Below are positions 1-7,223 of a stretch of 11,646 bases of DNA, piece after piece. The notes under the pieces are model-generated. The model did not search any database, was not told the DNA's origin, and saw nothing but the letters and a program-made list of their open reading frames with translations. Origin of the DNA: a candidate division WOR-3 bacterium (lineage in GTDB: Bacteria > Hydrothermota > Tepidihabitantia > SM23-42 > JAOAFX01); assembly GCA_037444665.1 (NCBI GenBank), contig JBBILZ010000065.1:1-11646 (forward strand), read 5' to 3'. A program made the position numbers and the translations under genes. Within the stretch, counting starts at the first letter, position 1. The number at the start of each line of letters is the position of its first letter.

Positions 1-2
1 AC

Positions 3-359
3 AATCCTGCTGGTTTTAGTTTCAATACCATTGATGCGATTGGCATTCCACCGACACCGATTGAGCCTCTGGTCTATGAGGATTCATTAGTCCCTTTACT
101 CATCTCACCCTCAATCACGGTTGATTTAGCCGGTGTGCCCCATATCCTCTGGGAAGGTGATTCAACCCAGATGCGCTATTATACAATCATTGATACCGTG
201 ATTAACAGACAACTCTTTGATAATGGTGTAGATTTTCCATTTTTAACGATGAATGGAGACCAGATTCCGTTGGCTATGGGGTCAAATCTCAACATTATAA
301 CAAATCATGGGACTCGTGTGGCTGGTATCAATTGCGGTGGCTTTTCTGGGCGAAGTTAA
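3..359 (+). pseudogene. 5'-partial, probably disrupted secreted/surface protein (beta-propeller-like segment)
   Basis: Frame is open from base 3 (NPAGFSFNTIDAIG...SPSITVDLAGVPHILWEGD...) to the stop at 357-359, so the ORF-track start at 135 is internal. PSITVD-x-GVPHILW resembles blades of secreted beta-propeller proteins. It stops without a sorting tail, and a detached tail lies at 413-583. Confidence 0.5.
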
Positions 360-412
360 TTCAGGATGCGGGGACAGTGAGATGGTATGCCGAGACGGAG
401 AATGTGTTGTAA

Positions 413-583
413 GGAGTTCTTGTTATAATGTTTAGATTTGACCCCAATCTTGGGATAATGAAATCTAAACTGGGCATAAATGAAGTTTTGATAAGACCGA
501 AAGGATTATCTGCGGGTGTTTACTTTGTGCACTTAGAGACCGAGGGATACAGAAAGACCGAAAAGGCAATATTGTTGAGGTAA
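413..583 (+). pseudogene. Fragment of a T9SS type A C-terminal sorting domain
   Basis: Frame 2 is open 413-583 and ends ...GINEVLIRPKGLSAGVYFVHLETEGYRKTEKAILLR*. This matches the LxxGxYxV...K-hydrophobic-basic end of Por secretion tails. The first half of the domain (IYDxxGR) is not visible. Confidence 0.75.
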
Positions 584-606
584 GATGGGCGAGTGGAGAG
601 TAGCAA

Positions 607-630
607 GTGGCGTCCAGTTTCAACTGGACG
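607..630 (+). repeat. GTRG-tagged REP-like palindrome
   Basis: GTGG (607-610) is directly followed by CGTCCAGT-TTCA-ACTGGACG (611-630). Confidence 0.55.
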
Positions 631-737
631 AAAAGTCAATTGAGGAGATATTAAAAAGGGCAGAAAACGACGCAAAGGATTATCAATAAATGTAAGTTTG
701 AAATTGAGTGGTTGCGTGAATATGAGAAGATGAGTAG

Positions 738-763
738 GTAGCTCCGCCTTGAAAAGGCGAGAG
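738..763 (+). repeat. GTAG-tagged REP-like palindrome
   Basis: GTAG (738-741) is followed by CTC-CGCCTT-GAA-AAGGCG-a-GAG (742-763). Confidence 0.45.
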
Positions 764-834
764 TTCTCGTCTTAAAGACGGAATAGGTAGTAAGTAGTAA
801 GTAGAAAATAATGGAAGCAGATAGACTAAAAAGA

Positions 835-927
835 TGCAGTATCGCTTTGCTTGCAGTATCATCCGACACAGAGGTCGGATTTGCAGGAAGTGCAGTATCG
901 TCCTGACAAAAAACTCAGGACTTGCAC
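835..927. repeat. Three tandem bulged-hairpin units, TGCAGTATC-[stem-loop]-TTGCA
   Basis: Units at 835-855 (GC-TTT-GC), 852-885 (ATCCGAC-ACAGAG-GTCGGAT) and 891-926 (GTCCTGA-CAAAAAAC-TCAGGAC). Flanks are identical; inner stems differ in sequence but pair perfectly. Confidence 0.85.
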
Positions 928-978
928 CTATTATGGAGCGACGAAAGAACTAAACAGACTAAAAATGACTATCTCCTA

Positions 979-1163
979 TAACCATAGACCATTTTGTTAA
1001 TCGTCTTTTGTTATACGGTTGCGAAACCCGTTTCGTCAATCGTCAAGAGGTTACGGTTATATAAACAAATAACCATGCCCTTAACCAAAACGGGCATCGT
1101 TGCCATAACCTCTTACCCATTTCTTTTAACCATACCAGCATCCACGCCCTATAACCAATAACC
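979..1163. repeat. TAACC/GGTTA-rich tract with nested inverted repeats
   Basis: TAACC at 979, 1070, 1082, 1106, 1127, 1152 and 1159; GGTTA at 1049 and 1055. AAGAGGTTACGG (1045-1056) pairs 11/12 with CCATAACCTCTT (1103-1114) and encloses ATGCCC/GGGCAT (1075-1080/1092-1097). Confidence 0.6.
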
Positions 1164-1177
1164 ATCTTTTAGAATAA

Positions 1178-1205
1178 TTGATTTCACGAGAAATATAAAT
1201 ATAAT
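1178..1205 (+). promoter_or_regulatory. Sigma70-type promoter for the TVP38 gene
   Basis: TTGATT (1178-1183), 16 bp, TATAAT (1200-1205). ATG at 1212 with no Shine-Dalgarno in between. Confidence 0.6.
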
Positions 1206-1211
1206 CATAAT

Positions 1212-1904
1212 ATGAAGGCAAAAACGATTATCGGGATTTTCAGCATTGTAATTTTTTTGGCTTTTATTATCCTGATATCTCTTTTATTTATGAAAAAATT
1301 TGGTAGTATAATTGATGACCCGGTAATGCTCAGACAAGCAATTGGAGAATATGGCATAGTTGCCTATGCAATATATTTTTTGCTTTATATATTTCAGATA
1401 TTTTTTGCACCAATCCCAGGGCAGGTACTCAATGTTGCGTCAGGTATGTTATTTGGAACTTTTCGTGGATTTCTTGTATCCTGGCTTGCAGTTATTTTTG
1501 GTGGTTTTCTTGCTATGCTATTTTCACGATATTTAGGAAAGAGATTACTGAACTGGTTTCTTGAAGAAAGGGCATTGAAATTTGAAGAGGCAATAACCCG
1601 TCGTGGTCTGTCTTTAATAATTTTTCTCGCTATCTTTCCTAATCCAATCGGTGATGGTTTATTCTATCTTGCAGGTTTGACCAGTATTCCATTAAAGATT
1701 TTGATATTTATTATTGCAATATGTCGTATTCCAGGAATTTTGATCTATGTTGTTGCCGGCAACAAGATTATGTCTGCAGGTATTAATGGTTGGATAATCG
1801 GAGGAATTGGATTTTTGCTTGCAATACTATTGTATTATTTTTTCCGCAAAAAAATTGAATCTATCTTTGAAAAATATATGAAAAAATTAATTGTGTTAGA
1901 TTAA
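1212..1904 (+). CDS. TVP38/TMEM64 (VTT/DedA superfamily) membrane protein
   Basis: 230 aa, several hydrophobic segments. Family motifs: QIFFAPIPGQVLNVASGMLFG, SRYLGK, PNPIGDGLFYLAGLTSI, CRIPG. Confidence 0.92.
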   Translation: MKAKTIIGIFSIVIFLAFIILISLLFMKKFGSIIDDPVMLRQAIGEYGIVAYAIYFLLYIFQIFFAPIPGQVLNVASGMLFGTFRGFLVSWLAVIFGGFLAMLFSRYLGKRLLNWFLEERALKFEEAITRRGLSLIIFLAIFPNPIGDGLFYLAGLTSIPLKILIFIIAICRIPGILIYVVAGNKIMSAGINGWIIGGIGFLLAILLYYFFRKKIESIFEKYMKKLIVLD

Positions 1905-2737
1905 TTATTTTCAAATAATGTATCAACAAAGTGTTGTGGATTAAATTCAATTAAATCATCAATTTTTTCGCCAATTCCAAGATAGAGCACAGGAATTTTT
2001 AATTCGCTACAAATGGGTATGATTGCACCACCTTTTGCAGTGCCATCAAATTTGGTCAGAATTAAACCATTAACTTTAAGTTCTTGCGTAAATATACGTG
2101 CCTGTTGAATTGAATTTTGACCAAGTGTTGCATCTATGGTTAATAAACAGAGGTCAGGCCCTGATGGTTTGAGTTTTGTAATCACCCTCTTTATTTTTTT
2201 TAATTCTTCCATTAAATCGGTCCTTGTGTGTAATCTGCCTGCGGTATCAATCAGAATCGTATCAATGTTTTTTATTGTCGCCTTCTGGAGCGCATCAAAT
2301 GTTACTGCACCAGCATCCTGTCCTTTCTGGGAGCGAACAATCTCCACCCCTGTTTTTTTTGCCCAGATATCAAGTTGCTCGCCTGCCGCATCACGATAGG
2401 TATCTGCACTTACCAGGAGAACCGAACCCTTACGCTGATATAGAAAGGCAAGTTTTGCTACAGTTGTGGTTTTCCCGGTTCCATTTACTCCGCAGACAAG
2501 GATGACCAGCGGTTTTTCCGTGCTGACTCGTGGAGACGGCAAATCTATTAATTTAAGTATCTCTGCTCTTAAATTATCCGGGTTGTGAGTAGCATTATCA
2601 ATGAGTAGCTCAGTGTATTTTGCACCTACATCTGCTTCAAGTAAAATTTGCTCAAGGTTAGATACATCGGTCAAATTTGTTTTACTGAAAACGCCGGTTA
2701 GTTTGCCTAAGAATTTACGGAGATAGGGGAGAGGCAT
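1901..2737 (-). CDS. ftsY: Signal recognition particle receptor FtsY (NG domain only)
   Basis: LEQILLEADVG, GVNGTGKTTT (G1), DTYRDAA, DTAGR (G3), TKFDGTAKGG (G4), GIGEKIDDL. Downstream of smc, as in the known smc-ftsY linkage. Confidence 0.97.
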   Translation of the reverse strand: MPLPYLRKFLGKLTGVFSKTNLTDVSNLEQILLEADVGAKYTELLIDNATHNPDNLRAEILKLIDLPSPRVSTEKPLVILVCGVNGTGKTTTVAKLAFLYQRKGSVLLVSADTYRDAAGEQLDIWAKKTGVEIVRSQKGQDAGAVTFDALQKATIKNIDTILIDTAGRLHTRTDLMEELKKIKRVITKLKPSGPDLCLLTIDATLGQNSIQQARIFTQELKVNGLILTKFDGTAKGGAIIPICSELKIPVLYLGIGEKIDDLIEFNPQHFVDTLFENN

Positions 2738-2756
2738 ATATTATCAATGGAAAATC

Positions 2757-5700
2757 TTATTCCTCACTGACCGGTGGTTCCAGGTCTTCCAGACGGGTTG
2801 AGATAATTTTGCTCTTGCCTGGTTGTTCCATAGTTAAACCATAGAGGTAGTCTGCGTATTCCATTGTTGCCCGGTTATGAGTGATTATTACCACCTGCGT
2901 GTGCTGGGATAATTCTCTTAAAAATTTATTAAATCTTACTACATTTACATCGTCCAGCGGCGCATCTATTTCATCCAGAATGCAGAATGGCGCAGGTTTA
3001 ACGAGATAAAATGCGAGTAGTAAACTTACTGCGAGCAGTGTTCTTTCTCCACCAGATAATTGGTTGATTCTTTTTATTTTTTTGCCCTTCATCCTGACGA
3101 TTATATCAACTTGCGCAGTTAATGGATTTGATGGGTCAGAAAGTATGAGGTCAGCTTCGCCACCTTCAAAAAACTTTGAAAAAACCTGATTGAATTTATC
3201 CTTGACTTCATTAAAGATATCAATGAATCTTTCCCGTGCACGGGCATCAAGTTCGGCAATAGATTTTAGAAGATTCTGTTTTGCGGCAATGATGTCATTC
3301 CTCTGGGCAAGGAACTCATCAAGACGTTTTTTCTCCTGCTCGTAAGCACTCAGACTCAGAGGATTGATTTCACCCAGCCTTGCCATTCGTTCTCTTACTT
3401 CGTTAAGTTTCTGCTCAGGTTCAGGAATTTCCTCGGGGATAAACTCTGTCAGGTCGGTTTGAAATTCTTCCTGTGCTTTTTTCAGTAATTCTTCCTTTCG
3501 GTGATTTAATTGAAATGTTGTATAATTCAACTGCATAATGGCATTTTGAATTTCATCCTGTTCTTTCTGACTTTTTGTTAGTTCTTCATAGATGGTATCA
3601 AGATTTTTTGTTATTTGTTCAATTAATTGATCAGGCATCTGGCTTTCATACTGAGCGCGCTGTTCTTTTACTTCTTGAATCTTTTGCTGGAGTGTAGAAA
3701 TTGTCTGGTTCAAGATTTCCAATTGTTCAGCAGTAGATACCTTATCTGCTTCGTTAATTTCTGTTTCTAAATTACTTATCGCATTCATTGTATCCCTAAA
3801 TTCTTTTTCGGTCACTGTCTGTAATTCTTTATTTATGCCAATTTTCAGAATAATTTGATTTAACTCATCATTCTTTTTATCTATCTGTTCTTCAATCGTT
3901 TTCTGATTTTCTTTTAATTGTATAATCTCGTTCTGGAGTTCAGATATTTTATTTTCACAGGCAATTATCTCACTGGATTGTTTTTCAATTTTTGTTGTAA
4001 TATCCTGAATTTCTATTTTTAATCCATTCTGCTCATTATCTATCACAGAAATTTCATTCTCTACATTTTCCAATTGCTTTTTGACTGCGTTCAATTGCAT
4101 TGAAATCTCCGATTTTTTAATGTTTAATGAAAACAGCCTATCTTTGTCCTTTTCAAGTTCAGATTTGAGTTGTATGGATTGATCAATCAGCCTCTTTTTT
4201 TCATCGCTCATAAAAATAATTTCATTCTGAATTGTTTCAGTTCTCGCACGGTATTCATTCAAGCGCTGGCTAATCTGGAAATATCCAAAATCACCTTTTT
4301 GCACAATAATGGTATTATTATGTAAAAGAATTGCTTCGGGTGTAACAAAACCGTATTGCGGATATTTGCCTGATAATTCAAGAGCAGCTTCTAAATCTTC
4401 GGTAAGAAAGAAGTTTGAGAGATAACTTGAAAGCAATTTTTTGTTACTTTTAAATTCCATAAAGTGAACAATACTTTTTAGTGATTTTAACTCATCAGGT
4501 AAAGAATTATATTTTAAATCTTTATTCAATATGAACCCGAACCTTCCCTCGGGTAGGTTTTTAAAATCATCTAACGATAAACCATTCAATATAAAGTAAT
4601 TTAATGTATCACGCAGGCATATATCAATTATTGCTTCATATCCCGGAATGGCTACAACACATTCTCTCAAAGTGCCAATAACTTTATCTTTGAAATTCTG
4701 TTTTAAAACCTTGCTCTCTTCACCTTTACCCAGGCGGTTGCTTAATGTATCAATCAAAATACGGCATTCGTTTAATTCATCCTGACGCTTTTGTAAGCCA
4801 TTGTCAAATTCAATTATCTTATTTTCTAAAGATGCTAAAGTATTCTGTTTTTGAAGTAGTCCTTCACTTATTTCATCCTGTTCTTTAATAATTTTATTTA
4901 ATTCATCATCAAGCCGTTTTTTTTCGGTGCGGTTTATTGCTTCATTTTTTAAAAAATCATCTTTTTCTGCAATATATTTTTCAACGATTGATTGTTTATT
5001 GGCTTTGTTTATCTCAAGGCGCGCAATATCATTTTTTAAGATTTGAATTTTCTGCTGGGCTTCAGCAATCAAATTATCTTTTTGTTCTATTTGTTGAGTT
5101 ATTTGGCTGAAATGTTCTGATAGCATTTCGGCATTTTGCTTTTCCTCATTGAGCTTTCTATTCCAGTGTTCCAGTTCATCGGTTATTTGGCGGAGTTTTG
5201 TTTCATATTCTGTGGTTTTACTTAGTAGATTTTTAAGGTATTCTCGCTTTTCTTGAATTGAAGCGCTTTTTCTTTCATACTCAAGGCTAAATTGTTTTGC
5301 TTCATTTTCTTTCGTCAGGAGTTCCTGTTGTAGAGATTCAAGTTCGTGATTAATAGCATTTATTTTTGACAACAGTTCTCTTTTTCTGGCTTCCTGTGAG
5401 GATTGTTCACTTTTCAATCTTTGTCTTTCCTGCTCCAGGTTATTTATCTTTACAAGAATATTTTGTTTCTGTTGATTGAGACCATTGATTTGTGCTTCGC
5501 TATTCTTTAAATCAATTAGGTTTTTTTCGTATTCATTCTTCAAGAAGATGAGTGATAATTTTTTGAATTCGTCTCTCAACTCTTGATATAACTGTGTCTG
5601 CCTTGCCTGTCTTTTCAGGGCACGAACCGTCCTTTCCATTTCATTGATTACATCTTCAAGCCGCAAAAGGTCCTGTTCAGTTTGTTCCAGTCTCCTTCTG

Positions 5701-6212
5701 GTCTGTTCGCGCCGTTCTTGATATTTTAAGATGCCAGCAACATCGTCAAACATTTCTTTTGTATCACCACTAATTATTTTTTCAATTTCTGAAAGTTCCA
5801 GGAATGAGTAGGTTAAAGTTCCTGAATTTAAGAATAATGCTTGAATATCCTGAAGTCTGCATTTTACCCGATTCAAGTAAAATTCACTCTCACCATCACG
5901 ATAGAACCTGCGCCTTATTTCAAATTCACTTCCAAATTGCGGAAAGAAATCTTCATTATCAATGGTTACTGAGACCTCAGCAAAATTTGAGTCATCCTGA
6001 CCATCAGCAGAAATATGTATTAAATCTTCATTGCGCTCACAACGAAGCGCCTTCATACTCTGCTCACCAAATACCCATCTCAGGGCATCAAAGATGTTTG
6101 ATTTGCCACTGCCGTTAGGACCAACAAATGCAGTTATTCCGGGATTGAGGAGAAATTTAGTTTCTCCTTGAAACGATTTAAATCCGTATAGTTTTATTTC
6201 TTTTATTTTCAT
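2757..6212 (-). CDS. smc: Chromosome segregation protein SMC
   Basis: 1151 aa. GFKSF, Walker A GPNGSGKSN, two long coiled coils around a central hinge, LGEINPLS, signature LSGGE, Walker B/D-loop FCILDEIDAPLD, ITH. Confidence 0.96.
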   Translation of the reverse strand: MKIKEIKLYGFKSFQGETKFLLNPGITAFVGPNGSGKSNIFDALRWVFGEQSMKALRCERNEDLIHISADGQDDSNFAEVSVTIDNEDFFPQFGSEFEIRRRFYRDGESEFYLNRVKCRLQDIQALFLNSGTLTYSFLELSEIEKIISGDTKEMFDDVAGILKYQERREQTRRRLEQTEQDLLRLEDVINEMERTVRALKRQARQTQLYQELRDEFKKLSLIFLKNEYEKNLIDLKNSEAQINGLNQQKQNILVKINNLEQERQRLKSEQSSQEARKRELLSKINAINHELESLQQELLTKENEAKQFSLEYERKSASIQEKREYLKNLLSKTTEYETKLRQITDELEHWNRKLNEEKQNAEMLSEHFSQITQQIEQKDNLIAEAQQKIQILKNDIARLEINKANKQSIVEKYIAEKDDFLKNEAINRTEKKRLDDELNKIIKEQDEISEGLLQKQNTLASLENKIIEFDNGLQKRQDELNECRILIDTLSNRLGKGEESKVLKQNFKDKVIGTLRECVVAIPGYEAIIDICLRDTLNYFILNGLSLDDFKNLPEGRFGFILNKDLKYNSLPDELKSLKSIVHFMEFKSNKKLLSSYLSNFFLTEDLEAALELSGKYPQYGFVTPEAILLHNNTIIVQKGDFGYFQISQRLNEYRARTETIQNEIIFMSDEKKRLIDQSIQLKSELEKDKDRLFSLNIKKSEISMQLNAVKKQLENVENEISVIDNEQNGLKIEIQDITTKIEKQSSEIIACENKISELQNEIIQLKENQKTIEEQIDKKNDELNQIILKIGINKELQTVTEKEFRDTMNAISNLETEINEADKVSTAEQLEILNQTISTLQQKIQEVKEQRAQYESQMPDQLIEQITKNLDTIYEELTKSQKEQDEIQNAIMQLNYTTFQLNHRKEELLKKAQEEFQTDLTEFIPEEIPEPEQKLNEVRERMARLGEINPLSLSAYEQEKKRLDEFLAQRNDIIAAKQNLLKSIAELDARARERFIDIFNEVKDKFNQVFSKFFEGGEADLILSDPSNPLTAQVDIIVRMKGKKIKRINQLSGGERTLLAVSLLLAFYLVKPAPFCILDEIDAPLDDVNVVRFNKFLRELSQHTQVVIITHNRATMEYADYLYGLTMEQPGKSKIISTRLEDLEPPVSEE

Positions 6213-6224
6213 CAGGGTTAATAA

Positions 6225-7178
6225 TTAGAAATCTGAGCCAAGGTAAATTACTCTTTCCAGCAATTGATGATACTCAGACCAATCGCTATCTGTCCCCTGA
6301 TGTTGTCGGATAACTTCCTGCATCATTTCAAGTTTGGAATCAAGATTGTCAATAAAATGTAATACCAATGCTTCAGGAAATAAAGGGACAACAGGTGAGC
6401 CATATTCTAGCTCACCATGATGAGAAACAACCATATGGAGTAATTTCAATCGCAACTCGTCCGGAAAATTCGGGATTTTTGAAATTTTGTCAGCGATAGT
6501 TTCATATCCAAGGATAATATGCCCTAATAACCTGCCTTTAGTGCTATGGTCAATCTTTTTTTGATACACATATTCATATACTTTACCGATATCATGTAAT
6601 AGACTCCCAGTAATCAACAGGTCCGCATTTAAAAATTTGAATGTCTCGCAGGCATTAATTGCAAATCTCATAACATTTCGGGTATGAACGGCTAATCCTC
6701 CAATTACGGCATGGTGTGCCTTTTTTGCCGCCGGTGCCATACGAAACTGTTTCATAAACTGTGGGTCATCCAGAAATTGTGTTAGAAGTTTTTTTAAGAA
6801 TGGATTTTCTACTTTTTCAGAGGCTGTTTTTATTTCTGCTACAAGTTTATCAATATCTTCATCTACAACGCGCAGAAAATCTTCAGGGCTAACTTCTTCA
6901 TCACTTATGCGTGAGACCGAATTTACGACGACCTGGAGTCTTTCATTATATTCTCCGACATTACCTGTAATAAATACAAAATCGCCAGTTGAAAAATTTT
7001 TTAATTCATCACTTGCACTGTTCCAGGCAATGCCCTCAATTGTTCCTGTGCTATCACTGAGTTCAATCTGTGTGAAAGAACCACCATCTTTCTTCTCCTT
7101 CACATTTTTTTTGGTGAGCAGAAATTTTTCTTTAACCAGCTGACCAATTTTTAATTCTTTAACATACTGGCTTTTCAT
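6225..7178 (-). CDS. yhaM: 3'-5' exoribonuclease YhaM/Cbf1 family (OB fold + HD domain)
   Basis: N-terminal OB fold (LSDSTGTIEGIAW), PAAKKAHHAVIGGLAVH, LLHDIGK, LLGHI, SHHGELEYGSP, EALVLHFIDNLDSK. 317 aa is a typical length. Confidence 0.9.
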   Translation of the reverse strand: MKSQYVKELKIGQLVKEKFLLTKKNVKEKKDGGSFTQIELSDSTGTIEGIAWNSASDELKNFSTGDFVFITGNVGEYNERLQVVVNSVSRISDEEVSPEDFLRVVDEDIDKLVAEIKTASEKVENPFLKKLLTQFLDDPQFMKQFRMAPAAKKAHHAVIGGLAVHTRNVMRFAINACETFKFLNADLLITGSLLHDIGKVYEYVYQKKIDHSTKGRLLGHIILGYETIADKISKIPNFPDELRLKLLHMVVSHHGELEYGSPVVPLFPEALVLHFIDNLDSKLEMMQEVIRQHQGTDSDWSEYHQLLERVIYLGSDF

Positions 7179-7223
7179 ATTTTGGTTTATTTTGTAAGTA
7201 TTTCTACTACCTTTACCTGCCTG

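Noticed and set aside
639..741. Protein-like stretches IEEILKRAENDAKDYQ* and QKTTQRIINKCKFEIEWLREYEKMSR*
   Set aside because: Possibly a gene relic, but there is no start and no family I can identify.
651..869. 72-aa minus-strand ORF
   Set aside because: It runs across hairpins and short repeats, has no RBS or recognisable motif, and looks like antisense noise.
835..927. CRISPR mini-array or known riboswitch
   Set aside because: The constant parts are only 9 and 5 bp, the 'spacers' are 7-22 bp and self-complementary, and no cas genes are present. I recognise no riboswitch consensus.
2757..7178. SMC plus HD nuclease as a Wadjet/Lamassu/SbcCD-like defence system
   Set aside because: The SMC has housekeeping Smc head motifs and the ftsY linkage, the HD protein is a typical YhaM, and no JetABD, LmuA or SbcD partner is present.
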